64,000 nucleotides of DNA from Azolla caroliniana (lineage: Eukaryota > Plantae > Polypodiophyta): assembly GCA_043228905.1 (NCBI GenBank), contig JBHGNT010000010.1, positions 930,001 through 994,000 of the forward strand, read 5' to 3'. The position numbers and the translations under genes were made by a program. Positions 38,659 through 49,371 of this stretch are shown piece after piece. The notes beneath the pieces were generated by a model, which was not told the origin of the DNA, did not search any database, and saw only the letters and a list, made by a program, of their open reading frames with translations. How positions within the stretch are numbered: position 1 is the first letter of the stretch; each line of letters starts with the position of its first letter.

Positions 38659-39012
38659 TGTCACGGATCATAAGCTCAAGAGACAAGTAAGAAGATAACC
38701 AAATGGACAAGAAAGAAGATAGTATTAAAGGAAAGACTCCATAACTGGTGTTGTTAACCTTGAATTCCTTCAAGGTGAACTCCTCTATTTATACTACATG
38801 GCATGCATACTTGTTGCACGCATGTGAATCTACAATAGAGCATGTAGGTATGCATGCATGTGCCAAGTGTAAATACTACAAGGGAGCAACTATGCACATG
38901 ATGCTAGCAAAATAATAAGGACCAATTACATACATAACTATGTACTAGATATCTTGGTTGGCTCATAATACTAGATTATAACATGGTCGTGTCAAGAGTT
39001 CGAATCTTGACA
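38659..39012 (-). repeat. 3' LTR of the outer chromovirus
   Basis: TG...CA ends; direct repeat of 49372-49725; adjacent PPT (aggaggggggataa on the minus strand). Confidence 0.95.
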
Positions 39013-41393
39013 TTATCCCCCCTCCTACGCCGCCTTCCCAAATCAGGCGCGGGTTTGTGGGGATATCGGTGATGAAAATCTTGGACGACCTCTGGGGCAT
39101 TTTGTAAATTTGCCGATGGTTCCCACGTGGCCTCAGACATGGGGTAACCCCTCCATAGGACGAGGTATTGCAAGACTTGTCGACGGTGCCAACGTGAGTC
39201 AAGGATTTGGTCGACCTCGTATTCCTTCCCTGTTGTCAATTGCACAAGTGGTGGTGGTGGGACCTGACGTCCTGGGAGTTGTGAAGCATAATGGGGTTCG
39301 AGGAGGGAGACATGAAAAACATCGTGAATCCGGAAGTGGGATGGAAGGGCGAGCCGGAAGGCGACGGGATTGATGCACTCAATGATACGGAATGGTCCCA
39401 ACTTCTTGTAATCAAGTTTCGCACATGGACGAGTAGTAGAGATGTGTCGACATAACAACAAGACCATGTCTCCAACGACAAAGTGTGGAGTGGAAGATCG
39501 ATGGCGATCAGCCTGCTTCTTGTATCGTTCACTAGCAAGACTAAGCTCCAAGGATAAATCATGATGTAGTTCTTCCAAAATGCGGGCGCAATCCTCTGCT
39601 GAAGGGTTCACGGAAGTGGTAGGAAGGGAAATGTTGAAGCGAGGATGTAAACCATAGTTGGCAAAGAAGGGAGTGACGCCAATCGATGCATGGAGAGAAT
39701 TATTGTAGGCGAATTCCGCGAGCGAAAGCAAGTTGACCCAATCATCTTGTTGGTAACTAACAGAGCACCGAAGATACTGCTCAAGGATTTGGTTGACACG
39801 CTCCGTTTGCCCGTCAGTTTGGGGGTGATAAGCGGAGGACAACTTGATAGAGATGCCTAAAGTTTGTAGCAGGCGTTGCTAGAAGTGGGAGACAAACTGG
39901 GGTCCGCGATCCGAGATGACATCATCGGGGAGTCCATGCAAGTGTACCACAGTGTTGAGTAGTAGATGCACCATTCCTTCTTCGGAAATGGTTTTGGAGC
40001 ATGGAGTGAAGTGAGCCATCTTCGTAAATTGATCGACAACGACCAACACCGAGTCATAACTATTGACCAAGGGTAGATCAATTATCAAGTCCATAGAGAT
40101 AGAGACCCAAGGACGACGAGGACATGGAAGCGGCTGTAGTAAGTCGTATGGCCGATGATGAATGGCTTTGGAGCGAGCACAAACCTCACAACTCTTTATG
40201 TATTCTTTGACCAACTTCCATGGTTGTGGCCACCAATACCCCCAAGAGATTAGCTCGAGGGTTTTCGCGACCCCGAAATGACCTGCAAGTGGGTCATCGT
40301 GGCATTCCCGCAACACCCGAGTGCGACATGGGCCCTCTGGGACGTATAAGAGATGATCTCGGAACAGCAAACCCTCTTGTATGGTGAAGGTGTCAAGATC
40401 CTTCCTTTTGGTTGCCTTGGAGGGGTTTTGCAGACTATCTCGAATCTCGTTGGCGAACACATCGGTCTTGGATGCATCAGTGATTTGTTGGAGTAAAGAA
40501 TCATCCTGCAACATACAAGTGGCAAAAAGATGCAATTGGTTGGGTTTCAACAAACGTCTAGATTGTTGAGCATAAGTAGCATACCCAAGGTGGAGTGCAA
40601 GGTCAGCTCGGCGAGAAAGGGCATCAGCCTTCCCATGTTGGCCACCAGGTCGAAATACGATCTCAAAATCGTAGTCGGCGAGAAATGTCGACCAACGGGC
40701 CTGCCTTCGATTCAAAGTACGAGTGGTGGAAAAATAAACTAAATTTTTATGATCAGTCACTACCTGGACACGATGTTGTGTGCCGGCCAAGTAGGGTCGC
40801 CATTTTTCAAAGGCAACAATGATAACAGCAAGCTCCTTGTCGTAAATGGGATAATTGATTTCGGATGCCGTAAATTTTCGGGAATAGTAAGCCATTGGGT
40901 GCATTAGGTTGTTGTCGTCTGCCTGGGATAAGATGGCGCCAATGGCAAAGTCAAAGGCATCGATTTCGACTTGGAAGGGTTTTGTGGGGTCGGTATGTAG
41001 CAGCATCGGGGCAGTGATGAATGCGTGTTTGAGTGAGTCCAACGCATTTTGCGCCTCCGAGGTCCATAAAAATGGAGTGCCTTTATGGGTGAGAGCGATA
41101 AGAGGTTGTGCTAGGGTGGAAAATCCCTTGATGAAGCGATGGTAAAAATTCGCGAAGCCGAGGAAGGATTGCACATCTTTAAGTCGCCTTGGAGTCGCCC
41201 ACGCCTGAACGATAGAGACCTTCTTCATATCCATGGTGATGCCAGTGGGCGAGATGATGTAGCCCAGAAATTCGATCGAGGTACGGTCGAAGTCGCATTT
41301 CTCGCCTTTGGCATAAAGGCCATGCTCGCGAAGTTTGGCAAGAACTAATCGGACTTGGCGAGTGTGCTCCTCCATGTTTGGCGAGAAAATGAG
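38976..41393 (-). pseudogene. pol: Outer element pol, 3' part (RT end, RNase H, integrase, chromodomain), with an in-frame TAG at 39879-39881
   Basis: NYPIYDKEL and VTDHKNL (RNase H), HDDPLAGH...CEVC, DRGPQF, YHPQTDGQTER (integrase), EYEVDQILD...YLVLWRGY...TWEP (chromodomain). Confidence 0.92.
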
Positions 41394-41849
41394 TGTCATA
41401 ACTAGACTCGAACCCATAACCTGTTGTTACATGGGTCGAGTCTTTACCGTTATATTATACATTGTAATTCGAAGTATATTATTTTCATTTATATTTTATT
41501 AGGAAATGGATGTATATTCCAGATTTCTCTGGAACATTCTAGAAACTTCAGGAGTATTCCTGAAGACACTATAAAAGGAGGCGCAAGGCATTAGTTCGAA
41601 CCAAATCGGTTCAACGCCAGTCTTAAGCCTTCTAGCTGTTATTGTATATTTTCCTTCACCTAATACATATATCCTTCGTATCATCATTCTCTCTCTCTGT
41701 CTCTCTCTCTCCCTCTCACTCGTTCCTTCTCTCAACGTTCTACACCTCTCATAGTACTAATCCTTCTCTGTCTTAGTACTGTTCTCAACAATTGTACTAA
41801 TCCTTCTTTTAGTACTAATTCCTTCTCCGCCTAGGTAGCGTTCCTGACA
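41394..41849 (+). repeat. 5' LTR of the inner chromovirus
   Basis: TGTCA...TGACA ends, TATAAAA at 41570. Confidence 0.96.
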
Positions 41850-41946
41850 GTTTGAACCGATTTTCCTCCATCTGGTCTTTCTCTCCCTCTTCCTTCCCTT
41901 TTATCCTCCTTCTCTTCATACTAATACCCTTATTCTCCCTATCAAA

Positions 41947-43137
41947 ATGGAAACTGTTAGCGCTCAAGAATACCAATCTGTTTTCTCGGAGCTCCAGTCC
42001 TTAAAGGAGAAATTTTTAGCGCTTGAACAAGAAAATCACCGCCTGTTGGGGGATCTTCAACAAACGGCGCTGGAAAAACAGCAACAACATGGGGAGCTGA
42101 CGCTACGGGTACAACAACTCGAAGCGACCATTATATCACTCCAACAACAAGGATCAGGTAATCAAGGGATTCACAGAGAACCCAAGATCGGTCTCCCTAC
42201 AAAATTTGATGGGACCAGATCACAGTTTAGAGGATTCCTCAACCAGGTACGTCTAGTGATCCAAATGCATCCTTCTCGATATCCCACCGATGCATCCCGA
42301 GTGGGACTAGTTGGCACTCTACTTAGTGGCACGGCTTTGGCATGGTTCGCCCCTCTGTTAGAGAAAAACTCTCCCATGTTAAATAATTTTGAAGAGTTTA
42401 TGAGCGAGTTTAAATCCTGTTTCGGAGATACTGACAGTGTCAGAACCGCCATCAACAAAATCCGGAGATTGCGCCAAGGTGAGCGGCCGGCCTCAGCTTA
42501 TGCTGCGGACTTCCGTCTTCTTGCCAGCGATATTCCCTGGGATGACCAGGCATTGATGGAACAATTTCGCTTTGGCCTACGGAATGATGTTAAAGATCTA
42601 CTCTTAACTTTCCCCGAAGAGCCAAAATCATTGACCGAAGCAATCAGTCGTGCGGTGCGATGCGATAACCGCCTCTTCGAACGACGCTCGGAACGTCAGT
42701 TCCAAATGCCAAGGACAAGATCGGAGCCTACCTATGCTTCAATCGTAGCAAAGCCTTTTTCAAGGGAGTCCTTCAGTACATCTCCAACGAATACTCCGAC
42801 TCCAATGGAGATCGACACCACACGTCGTCGCGGACCACTATCGGAAGAAGAAAAGCAGCGACACAGGGCACATCGACTATGTTTGTATTGCGGGGGACCA
42901 GGGCATATTGCAGTAAACTGTCCCAATAGACCAAAAAGACAGGTAAACCAAATAATTGCCTGTACTAATAGTACTAAACCCGAGTCTGTTTCCCTAGGTG
43001 TGTCTGATAGTCTTAATAATACTAAAACTGAGTCTACTTCCCTAGGTATGCATGAAAGTTCTAATAGTACTTATAGTCCAAATTTAGTCAACAAATTTGA
43101 TGTCCTTAGTCAGTTAGAAGAAGAGTTAAACTATTAA
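41947..43137 (+). CDS. gag: Retrotransposon Gag, 396 aa, with coiled coil, capsid domain and CCHC knuckle
   Basis: EPKIGLPTKFDG, LRQG...YAADFR, PTPMEID, CLYCGGPGHIAVNC. Confidence 0.95.
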   Translation: METVSAQEYQSVFSELQSLKEKFLALEQENHRLLGDLQQTALEKQQQHGELTLRVQQLEATIISLQQQGSGNQGIHREPKIGLPTKFDGTRSQFRGFLNQVRLVIQMHPSRYPTDASRVGLVGTLLSGTALAWFAPLLEKNSPMLNNFEEFMSEFKSCFGDTDSVRTAINKIRRLRQGERPASAYAADFRLLASDIPWDDQALMEQFRFGLRNDVKDLLLTFPEEPKSLTEAISRAVRCDNRLFERRSERQFQMPRTRSEPTYASIVAKPFSRESFSTSPTNTPTPMEIDTTRRRGPLSEEEKQRHRAHRLCLYCGGPGHIAVNCPNRPKRQVNQIIACTNSTKPESVSLGVSDSLNNTKTESTSLGMHESSNSTYSPNLVNKFDVLSQLEEELNY

Positions 43138-46100
43138 GTCCAGCCAAAATAGGAGCCGTTTGGTTGGACAGCCCTAGATCTGTGCAGCCCATTAGTGGTT
43201 CCATTCCCTCTAAGCAAGTTAGCGATGTGTTCGTAGCCCAAGTAGCAGTTAGTACTAAAAGTACCCCTCCAGTACATACCTTAGCACTTCTAGATTCCGG
43301 AGCTAATTCTTGCTTTATGGATAGGAATTTTGCCCAAGCCCATCAGATATCCCTCAGTAAGCTCCCGTGTCCAGCCTCAGTAGTAGTCATTGATGGTCGT
43401 CCCATTGCTTCTGGGAATATCATAGAAGAGTCAGAACCTGTTAATATTGTCCTAGATAACTTAGCATGTGTAGTGTCGTTTAATATTATTAGTATCCCAG
43501 AACATCCCATAGTTTTAGGATTACCATGGTTCGAATTACACAATCCAAACATAGATTGGAGAACAAGGGCAATCCGGTGTCGACAAACCCAAAAGACAAT
43601 GGCAACCATTTCGCTACATCAGTTGCGTGAAGAAGGGCGCAAGGAGGAGATGTTCCTTTTCGCAATATCAGTAAACCCCTCCATCACCACTAAAGAAGAC
43701 AGTACTGTTCAACTCCCCGAGAAGTATCGTCAGTACGCTGATGTGTTCGATAAAGTACAAGCCAACACACTTCCTCATCATCGGCCGTACGATTGCGCCA
43801 TCGACTTACAACCGGGAAAAGAGCCGCCATGGGGGCCGATCTACAATTTGTCACCAACCGAGCTAGAAGTCCTTCGAGCCTATATAGAGGAGAATTTGGA
43901 GAATGGTTTCATTCGGCATTCGAAATCTCCAGCCGGCGCACCCATTTTCTTCGTCAAGAAAAAAGATGGCTCGCTTCGACTTGTTGTAGATTACCGTGGC
44001 TTGAATAAGGTTACAATAAGAAATAGGTATGCTCTTCCCCTTATCTCAAGTCTTTTAGAACGAATCAATGGTGCCAGGTTCTTCACGAAGATCGATTTAC
44101 GAGGAGCCTATAACCTCGTACGAATCCGACCAGGAGATGAATGGAAGACCGCGTTTCGCACCAGATATGGGCACTTCGAGTATACGGTCATGCCGTTCGG
44201 ACTCACTAATGCGCCAGCAGTCTTCCAGCACATGGCGAATGATATATTTCGAGATCTATTGGATGATTTTTTGATCATCTATTTAGATGATCTACTGGTT
44301 TATTCAAAGACCCAAGAAGAACATGATTCTCATGTACTATTAGTACTAAAACGACTTCGAGAACATGGGCTATATGCAAAGCTAGAGAAATGTAGTTTCG
44401 GGTGCAACCAGGTGGAATTTCTCGGATATGTCATCTCCTCAGAAGGCATCTCTATGGACCCAGCTAAGGTCAAAACGGTGGTAGAATGGCAAACTCCGCG
44501 TTCGGTGCGGGATGTGCAGTGCTTCCTAGGCTTTGCAAATTTTTACCGGAAGTTCATACAAGACTACTCAAAAATAGTTCTGCCTCTCACACAGCTCACC
44601 AGGAAAGGACAATCATTTATCTGGTCTAAAGAAACGGACATGGCTTTCGAGAGTCTTAAGAAGGCGTTCACATCAGCTCCAATTCTAGGTCATGTGGATC
44701 CGGAACAACCATTCATTATCGAAGCTGACGCATCTGATTTCGCATTGGGGAGCATTTTGTCACAACAGGGTAATGACGAGAAGCTGCATCCTGTGGCTTT
44801 CCACTCCCGTAAGTTTGACGCCGCCGAAATCAACTACGAAATTCACGATAAAGAGCTATTGGCAATAGTTGATTCTTTTATACAGTGGAGGCATTTTCTC
44901 GAGGGATCTCCTCATCAAGTCACTGTATTCAATGACCACAAGAACCTTGCCTACTTTCAAGATGCTCGTGTACTGAATCGACGTCAAGCTCGATGGGCCC
45001 ACTTCCTCACACGCTTCGACTTCAAAATTACATATCGTCCGGGGAAGCACCAAGGGAAGGCAGATGCATTATCACGACGTTCGTATCTAACACCACGTCC
45101 CGGGGAGCCAGCTTTCGATAACCAGAAGCAAGTAATCTTGGGACCAGCACGACTACAAGGAGCACAGGTCTTTGACATGCCCATGGACTCTGACGTCACC
45201 AATACTATACGTGAGGACTTGAAGACTGACGCCTTCGCCCAAGCTATACTAGCACAAATTGACCCCTGTCGAGCGTCATGTTCACAGTCACAACCACCAG
45301 GTACTGACTATCGGCAATTTAAATACTGTGATGGATTACTCTTCTTTAAAGAACTTTTGTATGTTCCTAATGGTTCTTGCCGCCTTCGAGTAGTACAAAA
45401 CTGCCATGACACATATACAGCAGGACATTTCGGTAGTACTAAAACATTAGATTTAGTACAACGATCATTCTGGTGGCCCCGTATGCAACAATTTGTCAAA
45501 GATTTTGTTCGGACTTGTGACACCTGTTGCAGAGCGAAAATGCCAAGGCATCATCCATATGGTTTATTAGAACCATTACCAATTCCAAGCAAGCCATGGC
45601 AATCCATTGCTCTCGACTTCATCACAGATCTTCCAGTCTCTAAGGAGTTCAACGCGATTCTAACAGTGGTGGATCGATATACGAAGATGGCTCATTTCTT
45701 ACCATGTACTAAGGAAATATCTAGTGAAGACACCGCCGAAATTGTCATGCGGGAAGTATGTCGGCATCATGGACTTCCCGATAGTATCATTAGCGATCGT
45801 GGACCCCAGTTTGTATCCAAATTCTGGAAGCACCTTTTTAAGATGCTCAAGGTGACTTGTAACCTCTCCTCCGGCTACCACCCACAAACCGACGGTCAAG
45901 CCGAACGAACAAATCAAACATTGGAGCAGTATCTGCGGTGCTTTCTCAGCTATCATCAGGATGACTGGGCAGATATTCTTCACTTCGCCGAATTTGCCTA
46001 TAATAACGCTATCCACGCATCGACTAAAGTTACGCCATTCTATGCTTATACGGGATGTCATCCCCGGTGGTCTGTCCTTGAAGTCCCAGAAGTGTCCACA

Positions 46101-46712
46101 AATCCGTGCGCGGAGGATCGTTTGGAGCGATTACGCAAGATACAAGAAGATTTATCTACTCAACTCCAGCATGCTCAACAATCACACAAGGACTACGCGG
46201 ATCGTCATCGACTTCCATCCAGTTTTAACATTGGGGATCGGGTGTGGCTGCTACGACGACACATCAAGACTACTCGCCCATGTGAAAAATTGGATTATCG
46301 GCGATTAGGTCCTTTCCGTATTATCGGAAAGATTAATGATGTCGCTTTTCGTCTCGATCTACCTCCGCAACTTCGGATACATCCGGTATTTCATAGTTCC
46401 CTCCTTGAACCTTATCACGAGAGCACTATCCCAGGACGGATTACACAACCTCCACCTCCTATCGAGCTTGAAGATGGACCTGAGTATGAGGTTGCTGCCA
46501 TCCTTGATTCCAAGATTGTTCGCAATAAGCTCTACTATCTAGTCGATTGGCTAGGGTATAGTCCCAGCGAGCGTACTTGGGAGCCGATCGAGAACGTGAC
46601 CAATGCTCGTGCTCTTCTTGAAGACTTCCATCGTCGATATCCAGAGAAACCGGGTCCTCAATCTAAAACGACTCGTGGAACTCGTCGTTTTAAAGGGGGG
46701 ATAGTGTCATAA
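43125..46712 (+). CDS. pol: Pol polyprotein (PR-RT-RH-IN-chromodomain), in the -1 frame relative to gag and probably reached by ribosomal frameshift at 43125-43131
   Basis: LLDSGA, MPFGL, YLDD, DASD, NYEIHDKEL, HDTYTAGH...CDTC, DRGPQF, GPF and YEVAAILD...WLGY...TWEP motifs. The frame is open from 43110. Confidence 0.93.
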   Translation, partial: VKLLSPAKIGAVWLDSPRSVQPISGSIPSKQVSDVFVAQVAVSTKSTPPVHTLALLDSGANSCFMDRNFAQAHQISLSKLPCPASVVVIDGRPIASGNIIEESEPVNIVLDNLACVVSFNIISIPEHPIVLGLPWFELHNPNIDWRTRAIRCRQTQKTMATISLHQLREEGRKEEMFLFAISVNPSITTKEDSTVQLPEKYRQYADVFDKVQANTLPHHRPYDCAIDLQPGKEPPWGPIYNLSPTELEVLRAYIEENLENGFIRHSKSPAGAPIFFVKKKDGSLRLVVDYRGLNKVTIRNRYALPLISSLLERINGARFFTKIDLRGAYNLVRIRPGDEWKTAFRTRYGHFEYTVMPFGLTNAPAVFQHMANDIFRDLLDDFLIIYLDDLLVYSKTQEEHDSHVLLVLKRLREHGLYAKLEKCSFGCNQVEFLGYVISSEGISMDPAKVKTVVEWQTPRSVRDVQCFLGFANFYRKFIQDYSKIVLPLTQLTRKGQSFIWSKETDMAFESLKKAFTSAPILGHVDPEQPFIIEADASDFALGSILSQQGNDEKLHPVAFHSRKFDAAEINYEIHDKELLAIVDSFIQWRHFLEGSPHQVTVFNDHKNLAYFQDARVLNRRQARWAHFLTRFDFKITYRPGKHQGKADALSRRSYLTPRPGEPAFDNQKQVILGPARLQGAQVFDMPMDSDVTNTIREDLKTDAFAQAILAQIDPCRASCSQSQPPGTDYRQFKYCDGLLFFKELLYVPNGSCRLRVVQNCHDTYTAGHFGSTKTLDLVQRSFWWPRMQQFVKDFVRTCDTCCRAKMPRHHPYGLLEPLPIPSKPWQSIALDFITDLPVSKEFNAILTVVDRYTKMAHFLPCTKEISSEDTAEIVMREVCRHHGLPDSIISDRGPQFVSKFWKHLFKMLKVTCNLSSGYHPQTDGQAERTNQTLEQYLRCFLSYHQDDWADILHFAEFAYNNAIHASTKVTPFYAYTGCHPRWSVLEVPEVSTNPCAEDRLERLRKIQEDLSTQLQHAQQSHKDYADRHRLPSSFNIGDRVWLLRRHIKTTRPCEKLDYRRLGPFRIIGKINDVAFRLDLPPQLRIHPVFHSSLLEPYHESTIPGRITQPPPPIELEDGPEYEVAAILDSKIVRNKLYYLVDWLGYSPSERTWEPIENVTNARALLEDFHRRYPEKPGPQSKTTRGTRRFKGGIVS

Positions 46713-47160
46713 CTAGACTCGAACCCATAACCTGTTGTTACATGGGTCGAGTCTTTACCGTTATATTATACATTGTAATTCGAAGTATATTATTTTCATT
46801 TATATTTTATTAGGAAATGGATGTATATTCCAGATTTCTCTGGAACATTCTAGAAACTTCAGGAGTATTCCTGAAGACACTATAAAAGGAGGCGCAAGGC
46901 ATTAGTTCGAACCAAATCGGTTCAACGCCAGTCTTAAGCCTTCTAGCTGTTATTGTATATTTTCCTTCACCTAATACATATATCCTTCGTATCATCATTC
47001 TCTCTCTCTCTCTCTCTCTCTCCCTCTCACTCGTTCCTTCTCTCAACGTTCTACACCTCTCATAGTACTAATCCTTCTCTGTCTTAGTACTGTTCTCAAC
47101 AATTGTACTAATCCTTCTTTTAGTACTAATTCCTTCTCCGCCTAGGTAGCGTTCCTGACA
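46705..47160 (+). repeat. 3' LTR of the inner chromovirus
   Basis: Direct repeat of 41394-41849 with one substitution in the CT tract. Confidence 0.96.
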
Positions 47161-48332
47161 ATGAGAATATCATCGAGGTAAATGACAACAAAAAGATCAA
47201 GATATTCCCGGAATTTATCGTTCATCATATGTTGAAAAACTGTGGGAGTGTTAGTAAGACCAAAAGGCATTACCTTGTATTCGAAATGCCCATACCGTGT
47301 TCGAAATGCGGTTTTCCATTCATCCCCCAGCTCGATGCGTACTAGATTGTACGCTCCACGCAGATCAACTTTGGAGAAGACACGCGCAACTCGGAGCCGA
47401 TCAAGGAGTTCGGGGATCAGAGGTAGCGGATAACGGTTGCGCACAATGAGTTTGTTGAGACCTCGGTAGTCGACGCATAAGCGTAGAGAGTCGTTCTTCT
47501 TCTTCACAAATAAAATGGGGGCCCTGGCTGGTGACTTAGAAGGTTGAATAAATCCTTTCTTGAGGTTCTCATCGAGATACACACAAAGGGCCTTCAACTC
47601 TGGTGCAGACAACGCATATAGAGGACCAAAGGGTGGACACGCACCTTCTTGAAGATCAATCGGACAATCGTAGAGCAGGTGTTCAGGCAAACGATCAGCA
47701 TTACATTTTTCAAATACGTCAGAGAAGTGTTGGTATTTTTTGGGAATAACATGGAGTGTGTTAGAAATGGCGCCACAAACAAACCCATCTTGGACCGATG
47801 ATGGGGTAGTCAATTCGGAGTCGACCGTCTCCGAAGGATAGGAAACTGAATTTACCTTCATACTGTTGCACACGCATCTTGGCTTGCTAAATGTGATCAA
47901 GCGGTTGCACCAATCCACTATTGGATTGTGCGCCTCCAACCACGTTAGTCCAAAGATGATCGGATGTCGAGGAGATGCGATGAGGTAAAAGGCGAGGTCC
48001 TCCTGGTGTGAGCCCACCCAAAGCCCTAATGGGATTGTAGCTTGAGTAATTGCACCTGACGAGAGGACGCACCCATCGATGGCTTCAACTAGAATGGGTT
48101 TTGAGAGGCCAACGACAGGTACGCCATGTGCTTGGGCAAACGCGACGTCGATGAAGCAAGAAGATGTCCCAGAATCAAGTAAAGCAACAGACTAAATGGA
48201 ACTAGAGTTAAACGAAAGCCATACCTCCAATGTGAAATTGCATGATGGTCCGGCAATGGAACCAAGAGAATGTAGGCGACGGGAGATGTCCAGTTGCATG
48301 GCTCCTACTGCAACCGAACGATGTCGTTTTCC
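47161..48332 (-). pseudogene. pol: Outer element pol, 5' part (protease, RT up to YLDDILI), with an in-frame TAG at 48192-48194
   Basis: [36 protein letters not shown]; cut by the nested insertion. Confidence 0.9.
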
Positions 48333-49321
48333 GGATGTTGGGGTCCGTTAGCTCGATGGAATTGTGGGCGAGTACTCCTAGGACAATGGCGAACGACATG
48401 GCCGGAGGCGCCACAATACATGCACAAGCCATTAGCCCGCCGAAATTGTCGTTCAACATCAGTTAATGGCTGAAATCAGGCTTGATCAATTTCCATGGGG
48501 ATAGGAGCATCTGCCAAAGTAGGCGAGTGTGAGGATGCCTAGGGTTGTATGACCGGGGCATGGCGTGGAAGTGAATGAGGTGGAACCCAAGTCCGGCGCT
48601 CTTCTTGGCGAAATTCGAAAAGACGATTGTCACAATGGACTGCTTGTGAAATCGTTTGGGATAATGAGGTGGGCTCCGGAATGTTTAAGAGAAGATTCTT
48701 GACATTGATTTGAAGGCCGTGCCGAAAGTGATCAGCTAAAGCTTGATCATCCCAATTGACGTCGCATGCTAGTTGTCGAAATTCTGAAGCATAGACCGAA
48801 GCTGCACACAAACCTTGTTTGAGTGCATAAATCTTGTTAAGAGCTGTACGTTGTTGGTCCGTCTCTCCAAATGTGGCCTCTAACTCGGCGAAGAAGGCGG
48901 GAAAGTCCTCCAATAGAGGTGACGAGGTTTCTACCAATGGTGCAAACCAAGCTTGGGCTGGACCGGAGAGAAGGGTGCCCACAAGGCCGACTTGTCGAAG
49001 ACCATCTCCATAACGTTGAAGTTGTAGCCGAATGATAAGTCGAATTTGATTGATGAACCCTCGGAAACGCGACCTCATTCCATCAAATTTTTCTGGGAGG
49101 CTAACCTTAGGCTCAAGAAACTGTGACGAAGCTAGGCTAAATGTTGGTAGAAGATTGGGCTCTAGGCTAGGTTGTTGTGGGAGACTAGGGTTCGGGGGTT
49201 GTGAGGATAGGGAGGTACCGACTTGAAGTTCTTGTAAAGAATTTCGAAGAGCTTCATTTTCAAGCTGTAGTTGTCGTAAGGCTACCATTATTTGGCCTAA
49301 CTCACTAGTTGAGTCGGACAT
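48304..49321 (-). pseudogene. gag: Outer element gag with premature stops at 48539-48541 and 48476-48478
   Basis: EPKVSLPEKFDG, LKQG...YASEFR. Reading through the stops gives PIPMEID and CMYCGASGHVVRHC in the same frame. Confidence 0.9.
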
Positions 49322-49371
49322 AGCTATGGCTTATGAGAGGGAGAGCTATGAGGATGGGAAGGTGAACAAAT

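Larger units (their letters stand above)
41394..47160 (+). mobile_element. Ty3/Gypsy chromovirus (Tcn1/Tf1-sushi-like), inner, intact and very young element, 5767 bp
   Basis: 456-bp LTRs at 41394-41849 and 46705-47160 with 1 mismatch. TSD ATGAG at 41389-41393 and 47161-47165. PPT aaagggggg at 46692. Uninterrupted gag and pol ORFs. Confidence 0.98.

Noticed and set aside
41499-41735. Near-identical 78-aa ORF present twice (also 46810-47046)
   Set aside because: An antisense reading of the two LTR copies through a CT microsatellite, not a gene.
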